Positions 11,238 through 21,121 of a stretch of 64,000 nucleotides of DNA are shown one piece after another. The notes under the pieces were generated by a model. That model was given only the letters and a program-made list of their open reading frames with translations, was not told the DNA's origin and made no database searches. The translations under genes and the position numbers were made by a program. Every line of letters begins with the position of its first letter. The stretch's first letter is position 1. Origin of the DNA: an uncultured delta proteobacterium (GTDB lineage: Bacteria; Desulfobacterota; Binatia; UBA9968); NCBI GenBank assembly GCA_963755715.1, contig CAVWLW010000073.1, positions 64,001 to 128,000 of the forward strand, given 5' to 3'.

Positions 11238-13172
11238 TTATCCAGCCATCGCGGCGACTGCGTTTTGCCCAGGAACGCCAAGCCCACGTCGAGCCAACTC
11301 AGGCACAGCCGTCACTTCCACGATGGAGGCGGGCCCGTTGCCATTGGTCCGCACCAGAAGCTGGCGAGAATGAAAGGGACGCAGTGTCGCGCGATGGCCC
11401 ACACTGAATACCGTCGTTCCCGCGAGCCGTTCGCGCACCAGTCGATAAAGCCGTGCCTCCGTTGCCTCGTCAACCGCCGAGGTCGCCTCGTCGAGAAAGA
11501 GCCAATCGGGTTTCTGGACCAGCGCTCGAGCGAAGGCGATGCGCTGCTGCTCGCCCGGGGAGAGTTGGAGCGCCCAATGGCCAACCTCGTCGAGTCGAAC
11601 GACTAAGTCACGGAGTCCCACGGCCTCCAAAGCCTCGCGCACTGTCACGTCATCCACCCCACCCGCCGGCATCGGATAACTCACCACTTGCCGAAGTGTG
11701 TCAATCGGCAGGTAGGGCTTCTGCGGCAGAAAGAGGACTTGGGCGCCGCTGGGTCCGCGGATCTCGCCATGCCCAAACGGCCAGATGCCGGCGACCGCGC
11801 GGAACAGCGTACTCTTTCCCGAACCGGAAGCTCCTCCGAGGAGAACTGTGTCTCCACGCAAGATCGAGAGATTCACATCCGCGATAAGCGGCTGACCATC
11901 GGGTAGATAGAGATCCACACCCTCAACTGTCAGATGCATGGCGTCTCCGTCGACGCGCCGGACGCCATCGCCAGTCGCCGCCTGGATGCGCACGCGGTCA
12001 AGCGCCTGCTCGAAACCGGAGAGCCGCTCAACCACCGCGCACCATTCAGCGATCACCTTATACGAGTCGATAAAAAAGCTAAGCGAAGCCTGTACCGCAC
12101 TGAAAGCGCCGATGGTTTGTATGAGCCCACCCAGAGTAAGATCGCCGCTGAAGTAGCGCGGCGCCGCGACAAGCGATGGGAAAATCCAAGCCGCTTGTTG
12201 GTAACCCGAAGTGAAGTAGGTCAGCCGCTTCTGACGGCGCATGATGTCCCACCAGTTCATCACCACCGCCTCGAACCGTTCCCGAAAACCACGGAGCTCG
12301 TCCGCCTCGCCCCGGTAGAGCGCCACTCCCTCGGTGTTCTCCCGGAAGCGTACCAGGCCGAACCGGAAGTCGGCTTCACAACGCTGCTTGTCGTAGTTTA
12401 GCCGGACGAGCGGACGGCCAATCCAGTGAGTGAGCCAAGTGCCGGCGATCGCGTACAAGATCGCCGCCCATACCATGTAGCCGGGCAGCATAATGGAGAA
12501 CCACCCGCGAAGCGGAACGGTGAGCGTTCCGGACAGCGCCCAGAGGATCGCCACAAAGGCAACCAAAGTTACCAGCGCGCGCAGGCCTCCGATGACAAGC
12601 GTGAGGGTATGAGAAATGAGCAGGTGAACGTCTTCAGCGATGCGCTGGTCGGGATTGTCCGTTTCATGCGCCACGAGTTGCATCCGATAGTAAGCGCCAT
12701 CGGCCAGCCAAGCGCGAAGATAGCGCTCGGTAAGCCAGCGCCGCCAGCGGATCTCGAGCATCTGGCTCAGATAAAGCTGGTAGACAGCGAAAAAGATGAT
12801 AAGGACTATAAGCCAGGACAGACCGATCAGCTGTTGGAAGAACAGCGCATGGTTCTTATCCTGCAGGGCCGTGTAGAAGGCGTTGTTCCACCGGTTAATG
12901 AGAACACTCATGTGGACCATCGCGAGAGTGAGTGCGACCACGACGACGACCAGCCCCCAAGCCGCCCAGCGGTCCTCAGAGGACCAGTAGGGTCGAATCA
13001 TGTCCCATGCAGTCGGGAGCAATTGCCGCAGGCGAGTTGTGGTTGAATCTTCGGTTGGGCTGGGACTGGCGATTTCGCCATCGGTCGAACTTTGAACGCT
13101 GCCTGCAGGCTTCTGCTGATCGCCAACGGCAGAATTTTTTTGCTGCTTTCCGTTATCCAGCTGCCTGCGCAC
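11238..13172 (-). CDS. Fused ABC transporter permease/ATPase, YddA/BacA(Rv1819c)-like (ABCD family)
   Basis: DNPDQRIAED, EADFRFGLVR, Walker A GASGSGKST, signature LSPGEQQR, Walker B WLFLDEATSA. Confidence 0.92.
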   Translation of the reverse strand: MRRQLDNGKQQKNSAVGDQQKPAGSVQSSTDGEIASPSPTEDSTTTRLRQLLPTAWDMIRPYWSSEDRWAAWGLVVVVVALTLAMVHMSVLINRWNNAFYTALQDKNHALFFQQLIGLSWLIVLIIFFAVYQLYLSQMLEIRWRRWLTERYLRAWLADGAYYRMQLVAHETDNPDQRIAEDVHLLISHTLTLVIGGLRALVTLVAFVAILWALSGTLTVPLRGWFSIMLPGYMVWAAILYAIAGTWLTHWIGRPLVRLNYDKQRCEADFRFGLVRFRENTEGVALYRGEADELRGFRERFEAVVMNWWDIMRRQKRLTYFTSGYQQAAWIFPSLVAAPRYFSGDLTLGGLIQTIGAFSAVQASLSFFIDSYKVIAEWCAVVERLSGFEQALDRVRIQAATGDGVRRVDGDAMHLTVEGVDLYLPDGQPLIADVNLSILRGDTVLLGGASGSGKSTLFRAVAGIWPFGHGEIRGPSGAQVLFLPQKPYLPIDTLRQVVSYPMPAGGVDDVTVREALEAVGLRDLVVRLDEVGHWALQLSPGEQQRIAFARALVQKPDWLFLDEATSAVDEATEARLYRLVRERLAGTTVFSVGHRATLRPFHSRQLLVRTNGNGPASIVEVTAVPELARRGLGVPGQNAVAAMAG

Positions 13173-14263
13173 TAGTCACCTCCGCAGATTCCTTGTGTAG
13201 TCACTTTTCCGTTCGGCGATTCGCCGATTTCTCGTAACAAGACCGCCAAAGTAGCTGCTCGTGCCTGTCTGTTGGAGACGACTGAGCCCGCTGTGATACA
13301 CACGGCATCCCACAGAGGATTCGCGCTACTATCTACGGTTTTCCGCCAATCAAGTCTTTCGAGGAGCTTAAGTTTTCTTTGCCAATCGTAAGGATATTTT
13401 TCGAGCAACGTTCTTCCGACGCCTCCGAGAGCACGCAAAACGACCGCATGAGTATTGATTTTCTCTTGACGGAGTTCGGAAGCGCTAAGTTCTCCACTTT
13501 TGACTTTCTGCCAGTCACCAATGATCTTTGAAAGCTCTGTCCAGTATTCGACAGCCCTCTTGAGAATTTCTGCGTAGACCGGTGATCCCTGTTCAGCGAT
13601 TTTTTTACCCAGCAATTCTTCATTCGCTTCGTATAAGGCGGAAATGGTAAAAAGCTTAGGAGACCTCCGCGGAATCGTTACCTTCTCTTTCTCCACCATG
13701 TCCCGGAATACGTCGACCTGCTCGGCCAGCTCCATTGTGAGCGCGGAAAGGTTATCTCGACGATCATAGAGCATCCCTAGCGATTTTGACGTCTGCTGCA
13801 CGAATCGATTTAAATCTGAGAACATCTGCTGAAGCCGTTCCATACTTTCCGTCTCAAAGAGAAGCACCGAGATTTTTTCCTTCCCAAGCGCAGGATTCTC
13901 CTTGAGTGCCGCAGCAATCGCCGCGCACCGATGCTGGCCATCGTTGATAATGAACTCCACGTTTTCGAGCTCCATCTCTAAAGTTCCAACTTCGGCGTTC
14001 TCAGCTGAAGAGACGAACTTTACCGGACACGAATAGGACGCAGTGATGGACGAAAACAGGTATCCGTCCCCATTTTCGAGGATGTACCTCGTGATGTCTG
14101 GAACTCTCGCCTTGTTCAGAACTCGTTGCGCCCGCAGCTCCGGCGTGCACTGTTCCCAATCATCGAATTTGAATAAATGAGGAATCTCTGAAAGCGGGAC
14201 CAGCAGCGAATAATACTGACGCCCGCCCATGTTTCCCCTTATTACAGGAAAAGAAAGTTTCAT
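13172..14263 (-). CDS. dndB: DNA sulfur modification protein DndB (DGQHR-domain DNA-binding regulator)
   Basis: 363 aa. FPVIRGNMGGRQYY, RAQRVLNKARVPDI, YLFSSITAS, INDGQHR, QQMFSDLN and KLFTISALY motifs typical of DndB. Confidence 0.88.
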   Translation of the reverse strand: MKLSFPVIRGNMGGRQYYSLLVPLSEIPHLFKFDDWEQCTPELRAQRVLNKARVPDITRYILENGDGYLFSSITASYSCPVKFVSSAENAEVGTLEMELENVEFIINDGQHRCAAIAAALKENPALGKEKISVLLFETESMERLQQMFSDLNRFVQQTSKSLGMLYDRRDNLSALTMELAEQVDVFRDMVEKEKVTIPRRSPKLFTISALYEANEELLGKKIAEQGSPVYAEILKRAVEYWTELSKIIGDWQKVKSGELSASELRQEKINTHAVVLRALGGVGRTLLEKYPYDWQRKLKLLERLDWRKTVDSSANPLWDAVCITAGSVVSNRQARAATLAVLLREIGESPNGKVTTQGICGGD

Positions 14264-14290
14264 TTGGTAACCACCATTGTTGCAATCATC

Positions 14291-14410
14291 CCAGCTGTCG
14301 ATCGTTTAAGCATGAGCTGATTTCTAACAGTCGACCAGCTGTTTGTCAATAACCTATGAGCTGTAATATTAATTTATAAGAGCTGATGTATGGAAATCAG
14401 TACAGCTGTA
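14291..14410. repeat. Phased array of six (C/G)AGCTG(A/T) boxes at 22-bp period over the dndB promoter
   Basis: AGCTG starts at 14293, 14315, 14337, 14359, 14381 and 14404, separated by non-repeated AT-rich spacers. Confidence 0.85.
14321..14349 (-). promoter_or_regulatory. Sigma70-type promoter for dndB
   Basis: Minus strand TTGACA (14349-14344), 17 nt, TAGAAA (14326-14321) preceded by an extended TG. About 55 bp upstream of the dndB ATG. Confidence 0.65.
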
Positions 14411-14492
14411 TTGAGTATGAAATTCAAACGACATGAATTCTTAAGATATTGATTTATAATACATTTTATCTAAACGCCGCGAACATGCCGCC

Positions 14493-14670
14493 ACGCCACG
14501 AAAAATCCTACCGATCAGCACGACCAATCTCCAAGACATTTTCAACGCCCGTGGGCCGCCTGGCTGCGCCCGCACCACCCGATCGCAAAAATCGGTTATT
14601 CGATTTTTATCTACGACTTGAGCGGGAACTCGGAGGGATTGATGGAATTGGAGCAGACCTGTGCTGTGTC
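14493..14670 (+). pseudogene. Relic 3' end of a GT-C glycosyltransferase paralogous to 7223..8900
   Basis: Translates TPRKILPISTTNLQD...(frameshift)WLRPHHPIAKIGYSIFIYDLSGNSEGLMELE, versus APRKILAISAYNLQD...WLWTRRPIAKIGYSIFVYDLTNDQEGIIKLE at ~8700-8880. Confidence 0.8.
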
Positions 14671-14708
14671 GCAGGACTGTCACCGAGAGATGAAGTCTCA
14701 CAGTCGCG

Positions 14709-15599
14709 CTAGAACCAATCTCCTAGCTGCCAGGAATAACCCGCCTCGTTCATGAGCTTTCGGGTACTCTGCCACACTTTGTATTTCTCATACATCGACA
14801 GGTCCGACTTCCAGACCTCGGGTCGGGCTTTGCCGATAAAACCGCGAGGCAGCTTTGCCACTGGTCCCGTGCGTGCCCTGACCTCGCCATACACCGGAAT
14901 CGGGGTGCCGCCGGTTTCCATCACGTCGGCTTTGTTGCTGTCGATTGCGAGGTTTATGGCGTCGTCGCTCCAGGAGATACCGAGGAATTTCGCCAAGCCC
15001 TTTAGAGTATCGAGGGGAGAATTCCAAAGGTCCTCATAGCGGATCTCGTGGAATTCCTCCGACGATAGCTTTTTTGCTGCGGCCTTGACTGCTTCGACGT
15101 GCTGGACCCACATGGCCGCGGCCACTTTCGCGCTGCCGGGCGCCCAACTCATGCCCCAACTCCGGGAAGCGGTCATGAGCGAAGCGACCACGTCTCGACA
15201 ATCGCGCATCAAATGAATGAATCGGCTGTCGGGCAGCAGATCCTTGATCTCGGGAATGTACAAAGCATGCGACGGGGTCTTCTCCAGAAACAATTCTTCT
15301 GGTTCCAAACCATCAACGATGGGTTTGAGTAAAGCCGCTAGATAGTTTTTTAAAATGGCCCGAAATTCTTCCTCGCGAAAATAGGCCTGCGGACCCGCTG
15401 CATGACCCAGTCCACCGTTGAGGTGCCGCGTCTTCTGATCGTTCCACGACCGGAGCTGCGGCCCGACATATAAGCTGAAAAAGTGTGATTCTTCCCCGGA
15501 ACGAATCCTTGGATGGCTCGCCAAAAGTTTCTGGAGCCAGGTGGTGCCGCTGCGCGGGCAGCCGACGAGAAACACCATATTCTTGCCTCTGTACTCCAT
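14709..15599 (-). CDS. Sulfotransferase family protein
   Basis: 5'-PSB loop GCPRSGTT, EKTPSH, HLMRDCRDVVAS, IRYEDL. Confidence 0.92.
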   Translation of the reverse strand: MEYRGKNMVFLVGCPRSGTTWLQKLLASHPRIRSGEESHFFSLYVGPQLRSWNDQKTRHLNGGLGHAAGPQAYFREEEFRAILKNYLAALLKPIVDGLEPEELFLEKTPSHALYIPEIKDLLPDSRFIHLMRDCRDVVASLMTASRSWGMSWAPGSAKVAAAMWVQHVEAVKAAAKKLSSEEFHEIRYEDLWNSPLDTLKGLAKFLGISWSDDAINLAIDSNKADVMETGGTPIPVYGEVRARTGPVAKLPRGFIGKARPEVWKSDLSMYEKYKVWQSTRKLMNEAGYSWQLGDWF

Positions 15600-15638
15600 C
15601 GCTACTAGATCAAAGTCAAATGCGCCATCGACGTAAAT

Positions 15639-16496
15639 CTATCGCGCCGGCCTTTCGGCCGGCGCATAAAGAAACCCGGGATATCTTTCCTGTACTCCAC
15701 CGGTTTTTTGCGCGAGGGCAAAAATAGTGTCGCCGCGTTCCCTGGCTTTTAAAAAGCCGAGACTCATAAGGCTCCCGATTTTGAGCAGAGCTCTCATCTG
15801 AAGCGTCAATAGACGTCCGAATTGTTGATCCTGATAAACATCGACCGTCTTAAACTCACTGTTGGTGAAGCCGCAAAGCTTGAGCAGCTCTCTCACTTCC
15901 CAAGGGACATATTCATGGTTGTGACGATCGGTACTGGGACGGCGTTGGTAAACTGGATAGATATTCGGATTGCCGCCGCGCAGAATCCTAAGGACGGACC
16001 GAACCGAAGCGCAATTTGGGGTCGACAATAGAAGATAGCCCTCCGGCTTGGTAATCCGATTAATCTCGGACATCGTCTGCAACGGATCTCGGCTAAGATG
16101 CTCTAAGACTTCCGTAAAAATTACGACATCGAATGATCCATCTTGATACGGAAATGGTCCCTCGATGTCGAAACGATCAACGTGAAAAGAATACCTCTCT
16201 CCATTCCTGGCATTTTGGAGGAAGTTATCCTCGCTTGCGGGTTTCCGCTCCTGAAATGGCTCCGTTAAAGTAATATTTGTCGCCCCAAGAATATCCCTAA
16301 GAGCGGGTACTAGGCTTCCGTAAGACCCCACATCGACGATATGCATCCCCGGCTGGATTATAGCCTGAAGCAAAGATACCGTCTCAGCAAAACGATTCAT
16401 GTGAACTTTCAGGTAATCGTTCACATAGGCCATCGAATTATACTCTGGCGCCAGCAATGCGGTTTCGACGGCTCGTCGAAGCTCAAAAAAGTTCAT
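15639..16496 (-). CDS. Class I SAM-dependent methyltransferase
   Basis: VDVGSYG, FPYQDGSFDVVIFTEVLEHL, LLLSTPN. Confidence 0.85.
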   Translation of the reverse strand: MNFFELRRAVETALLAPEYNSMAYVNDYLKVHMNRFAETVSLLQAIIQPGMHIVDVGSYGSLVPALRDILGATNITLTEPFQERKPASEDNFLQNARNGERYSFHVDRFDIEGPFPYQDGSFDVVIFTEVLEHLSRDPLQTMSEINRITKPEGYLLLSTPNCASVRSVLRILRGGNPNIYPVYQRRPSTDRHNHEYVPWEVRELLKLCGFTNSEFKTVDVYQDQQFGRLLTLQMRALLKIGSLMSLGFLKARERGDTIFALAQKTGGVQERYPGFLYAPAERPAR

Positions 16497-16806
16497 TGAA
16501 TTGGACGCTGGTGGAGATTATGAACAATCGACCGGATTTAGCAGTGTCCGATCATTTTTGAAAAAAGTTGTCTTGCCGTCTATTGAATAAATTCAAGGAT
16601 TCGGTCGATTGTGCTATATCAATCAGCATTTCAATTTATGCAAATATAGCATAACCGCGTAGATAGAGACATGACCTTCCAGGAGAGATACCAAAACTTG
16701 TTAAGATCTAAACATCGCTCATCCGCTTTAAACTCGTTGGGAGTTGTCGTGCTACCAACAATGCAGAACTGCGGAGACTTCGATATTAAACTTAGAAAGC
16801 ACCCCT

Positions 16807-18072
16807 ATGTCCGCCTGGCTGCATCTACCTGACGCTCAATCTAGCCGGCAGATCGCCATTATCTGCGATACGGTCCCATATCCAACGCGGTCTGGGGATA
16901 ATCAGCGCATCGCCGAACTCATTAGCGTTTTAAGGGAACAAGGATGGTACGTGCATCTTGTGCTTTGCGGCCTGATCGAGCGCAGATTTAGAAAAACTTG
17001 TCGCTCGCACGTGGATGCCTTGCACATATACAGTGGCAGGGGACTGAAAACTCATGTTCGAAATGTCGTGCGCCGCACCGTCCGGTTGCTTGATCGGGCC
17101 GGGAAAATCGTCAGCATACCGCCAATAGAAACAATTGCTAATCGACTGCTCGGTCGTTCTATTTCGCCGTTCATTATTAACTATTGGCAACGTTATCCAA
17201 AAGGGCTAAGCGATTTTGTCGCGGAACTAAAGGAGCGTTTCCCATGGAAGGCCGTGATTGTTGAATATATTTGGCTATACCAATCAACAGACAAACTGAA
17301 GAATAGCATCTTTCGATTGCTTGACACACACGACATCCAACACAAACGAGTTGAGGAATTCGCTTCCCGAGGCATGGTGTTTCCTTTACAGATTACCCGA
17401 GACGAAGAACGCCGAATCTTCAACCAGTTCGACGCCGTAATCGCCATTCAAGCTGTAGAAGCGGAAGTAATAAGAGAGATGTGTCCGCAATTAAGAGTGC
17501 TGACTGTAGGTTCGTCGGGATCTTTCCCGACTGTTGAATCGATCAGCCCGGTGGACGGGCGCATACTCTACGTAGGCGGTTATAACGGCGCCAACATCGA
17601 CGGACTGCGTCGCTTCTTTGACTTTGTGTGGCCAAAGATTCTCCGACAAATTCCACATGCAAAACTGCACGTCTGCGGTCATATTTATCGAGCATTTGCC
17701 GGGCAGCGATTCGAAAATGTGAAGTTTCTCGGACACAAAGAACGCCTTGAAGAAGAATATGGCCAGGCTGCCGTAGTCATAAATCCTGCATGGATTGGCA
17801 CCGGCTTAAAGATCAAAACTGTTGAGGCACTGGCACGTGGCAAGGCGCTGGTTACGACGCCGAAGGGAATCGAAGGGCTACCCGACGATGTCGAGCAAAG
17901 TAGTCGCGTGACCGATGACGATGACAAATTTGCCACCGAGGTCATCCGGCTGCTCACCGATCATGGTTGGCGAGAACGTCTATGCGCCTCCGCGGCCACA
18001 TTCGCTATTAACCGCTTGAACAAGCCCGCCGTTTATCGAGAACTTTTCGACTACCTTGACGAACACAAATGA
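16807..18072 (+). CDS. Glycosyltransferase family 4
   Basis: PYPTRSGDNQRI, GTGLKIKTVEALARGKALVTTPKGIEG. Confidence 0.85.
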   Translation: MSAWLHLPDAQSSRQIAIICDTVPYPTRSGDNQRIAELISVLREQGWYVHLVLCGLIERRFRKTCRSHVDALHIYSGRGLKTHVRNVVRRTVRLLDRAGKIVSIPPIETIANRLLGRSISPFIINYWQRYPKGLSDFVAELKERFPWKAVIVEYIWLYQSTDKLKNSIFRLLDTHDIQHKRVEEFASRGMVFPLQITRDEERRIFNQFDAVIAIQAVEAEVIREMCPQLRVLTVGSSGSFPTVESISPVDGRILYVGGYNGANIDGLRRFFDFVWPKILRQIPHAKLHVCGHIYRAFAGQRFENVKFLGHKERLEEEYGQAAVVINPAWIGTGLKIKTVEALARGKALVTTPKGIEGLPDDVEQSSRVTDDDDKFATEVIRLLTDHGWRERLCASAATFAINRLNKPAVYRELFDYLDEHK

Positions 18073-19238
18073 AAATCTTGGTTTTGAGCAAACGTCAGTA
18101 CATGGGAAAAGATCTTCTCGAGGACCGCTTCGGCCGGTTTTGGGAACTGCCTTTGGAATTAGCTCAGCTTGGGCACGATGTGCAGGGGCTTGCTCTCAGC
18201 TATCGGCAGCGACCCGGGGGGACGTTCCTCGATGGCGACGGCTCATCCGGCAGCGGTGTGACATGGAATTCGGTCAATTTGTTAAACGGATATCTCCCGC
18301 AAATCGAGCGATATACGAGATGGGCACTGCAAATATCTCGGGAATTTCGTCCAGATATTATCTGGGCCTGTTCAGATGTCTATCATGCCATCTTCGGGGG
18401 TTGGCTCGCCAAACGTGTCGCATCGCGATGCGTGATCGATCTTTACGATAACTTTGAAGCGTTCAAAGCCAGTCAAATTCCCGGTGTTTTGCCGCTTTTC
18501 CGGCGCGCCGTAAAAGCGGCCGACGGCGTTAGTGCTTTCAGTCAACGATTAGCGGATCACGTCTTGCGGAGCTACCTGCGGTCGAAACCGATATCGGTTA
18601 TCGAAAGCGGTGTTCGGCCCGATCTATTTTATCCACGAGATCAAACCGAATGCCGCCAGCATCTGGGCCTACCACAACACGCCAGGATTATTGGCACAGC
18701 CGGGGCACTGGAACACAGTCGCGGTATCGAAACTCTCTTTGAGGTTTTCGAGCAGCTCTCCGGCCAAGTCGACAATCTTCATCTGGCGCTGGCCGGTCCA
18801 CGCGAACACGGGTTAGCAATTCCCACCGGGTCGCGAGTTCACGACTTCAAAGAACTACCGCACACGGAGGTGCCGGTTTTTTACAATTCATTGGATGTGG
18901 CAGTGGTCTGTTACCGCCACTCAGCACAAGGCGAATACAGTTTTCCTCAAAAAGCCTATGAGATCATCGCTTGTCGCGTGCCGCTAGTTGCCGCCGCGGT
19001 GGGTTCGATGAATGAATTGCTACGAAATTATCCCGACATGCTTGTACGAGCCGGAAGATTCGGTCCATTTAGCGAACACACTCAAGCACCAATTGCGCAC
19101 AAAAAGAATAGTCGAGACGAAGGCGTTCCCTCATGGGCGGATTCAGCAAAACAACTGAGCGATTTTTTTCTGCGGATCGTCGGATGGCGACTCCCTATCC
19201 GCCATGACGCAAAATTCAATAATCAGACGGCACGCTAA
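18069..19238 (+). CDS. Glycosyltransferase family 4
   Basis: LAQLGHDV, RPDII, FPQKAYEIIACRVPLV. ATGA overlap with the previous gene. Possible frameshifts near the C-terminus. Confidence 0.82.
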   Translation: MKILVLSKRQYMGKDLLEDRFGRFWELPLELAQLGHDVQGLALSYRQRPGGTFLDGDGSSGSGVTWNSVNLLNGYLPQIERYTRWALQISREFRPDIIWACSDVYHAIFGGWLAKRVASRCVIDLYDNFEAFKASQIPGVLPLFRRAVKAADGVSAFSQRLADHVLRSYLRSKPISVIESGVRPDLFYPRDQTECRQHLGLPQHARIIGTAGALEHSRGIETLFEVFEQLSGQVDNLHLALAGPREHGLAIPTGSRVHDFKELPHTEVPVFYNSLDVAVVCYRHSAQGEYSFPQKAYEIIACRVPLVAAAVGSMNELLRNYPDMLVRAGRFGPFSEHTQAPIAHKKNSRDEGVPSWADSAKQLSDFFLRIVGWRLPIRHDAKFNNQTAR

Positions 19239-20387
19239 CTTGGTTTCGGCGTTACAATATCAAACACGCCTTCATATCGCATACAAATTCGCCGCCATGA
19301 GAATTCTTTAATGGCGCGACATCGGCCGTATCGTCCCATGGACAAACACGATTCACGGTTCTCCAAAAGCGAGATTACCGCTTGGCTCAACTGGCTATAA
19401 TCACCCGGCTCAACGAGTACGCCACTTTTTCCATCCTCCACCGCATCCGGTATCCCCCCGACCCGCGTCGCGACGACAGGTTTGCCCGCAACTGCGGCTT
19501 CCAAAGCAACGATACCGAACCCCTCGACGTCATCCTTCACGTCTAGCGCTGGCAAGACAACTAAATCACACGCCTGATATAGTTTGATCAGCTCATCGTC
19601 GCTCGTCGAGCCGAGCAGGCGAACGTGGTCGTCAAGCCGGAGCTTTGAAACCACCTTGTTGATTTCGCTGACGACGTCATCGCGGTGCGTCAGTGATTCG
19701 GTCGGGTTACCGCCGACAATTAGAAACAACGCCCGTGGCACTGCGCGGACAATATCGACGAAAGAATTTTCGATAAATTCTTTGACCCCCTTACGTTTTG
19801 CCAGGCGTCCAACGAAGAGAATAGTCTTCCTACCTTTTACTTTCCAAGGTTCTTTGCCTGCGGCGCCATCCAGTGGCACATCGAAACGGTCCGGCTCCAC
19901 GCCTGGAGGAATGACAATGATTCGCTCAGGCGGAACTCCTTTCGATTGCCCCAACCGTGCCGTGTAGCCACTATTGGCAATCACTTTATCGCAACTCTTC
20001 AACCAGCGAACGCACAGTTGCTGGTACAGAAAACTCCGGTAAATAATATCCAAGCCGTGCGTTTGGAGAACCAGCCGCCGACCAAACAGGCGCGCGAGGA
20101 TCAGCGCCAATGGCGTCACCAAAACGCTGCCGCCGAAAATAACGGCGATGTGCCGATTGCGCGACTAAAAGGACAGTCCCCCGCCAAAGCGCGTAAAGCG
20201 CGAAGGGAACTAACCCCGGCAAAGGCGCGCGGGACACATCTTTCTCTTCGAACACGGAGAGTCGAGTATGCGCCGTAATAACATGCACGGAATGTTTCTT
20301 TCGGAGTTCCACGCACAGACTGCCGATGAGATTCTCGATGCCGCCGCGGCGCGGCGGATAGTTCCACGTGATTACAAGGATCTCCAT
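19235..20387 (-). CDS. Glycosyltransferase family 4 (PimB-like; frameshift ~20160)
   Basis: MEILVITWNYPPRRGGIE start, LFVGRLAKRKG, EGFGIVALEA, PVVATRVGGIPDAV. Confidence 0.85.
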
Positions 20388-20395
20388 GCGACAGT

Positions 20396-21100
20396 TTATC
20401 GATGCTTCAGACCGCAGAGGTGATAAACTTGATATTGCCAAGACAACGGCCAAAGCGGTAATGCCAACGCCTGCGTGGCCCGGATGAACCAGAGATACCA
20501 GGGACCGCGAAAGATCCACGACGCCGACAGCACGTGCAGATCACGCCAGCGGCGCTCGACGCGGAGGCCGGCGGATTCAAACAGCGCTTGCCATTCTTCG
20601 AGCGAACGATCCTCTTCGTGAACTTGGGCTTGGTGCGTGCCCCAATAAAGTCCCAATCGTCGAGGTAAAAAACCGCTGTTCGGCACGAGTAGTAAAAATC
20701 TCGCATCCGGCTTTGCACAGCGGACCATTTCGCGCAGCGCCGCTTGCGGGTCTATGAGATGCTCAAGGGCGCCTAGACAAGAAATAAAATCGAATTGACA
20801 GTTGTCGAAAGGAAGCGTTTCAGCCGAGCCACAGTGTAGCTCGACCTTTGGCAAGGTTCGTTGACAAGCGTCAAGTGCTACGCGAGAGAGATCGATACCA
20901 CTTGGGATTGCGCCGAGCGCATGCACGGCCATCAACCACCTACCCGTTCCGCAGGCGACGTCCAGGATCCTAAGATTTTTCCAGGGCTCAAAACGCAGCG
21001 CGAGACGGCGTAGATGTCGAGAGACCCCGACTACATCGCGGGCATTCTTATAGTAAACTTCATCGTAGAAATGCCGGATTTCTTCGCGTTGTGCTGGCAT
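20396..21100 (-). CDS. Class I SAM-dependent methyltransferase
   Basis: ILDVACGTG, LPFDNCQFDFISCLGALEH. Confidence 0.88.
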   Translation of the reverse strand: MPAQREEIRHFYDEVYYKNARDVVGVSRHLRRLALRFEPWKNLRILDVACGTGRWLMAVHALGAIPSGIDLSRVALDACQRTLPKVELHCGSAETLPFDNCQFDFISCLGALEHLIDPQAALREMVRCAKPDARFLLLVPNSGFLPRRLGLYWGTHQAQVHEEDRSLEEWQALFESAGLRVERRWRDLHVLSASWIFRGPWYLWFIRATQALALPLWPLSWQYQVYHLCGLKHR

Positions 21101-21121
21101 AAATATACCCGTAAACGCCGG

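Noticed and set aside
13172-14263. Complete phosphorothioation defence system
   Set aside because: No dndA/C/D/E or restriction genes in the window. The adjacent sulfotransferase is a PAPS-type enzyme unrelated to PT chemistry.
14291-14410. The 22-bp array as a CRISPR or mini-CRISPR array
   Set aside because: The conserved unit is only 5-7 bp, spacers are ~15 bp, there are no cas genes, and it overlaps a promoter. An operator array fits better.
14449-14712. 87-aa ORF as a real gene
   Set aside because: It is an off-frame reading of the GT-C relic.
16583-16596. TTGAA-N4-TTCAA palindrome as an FNR box
   Set aside because: Both half sites deviate from TTGAT-N4-ATCAA, and such palindromes are common in AT-rich DNA.
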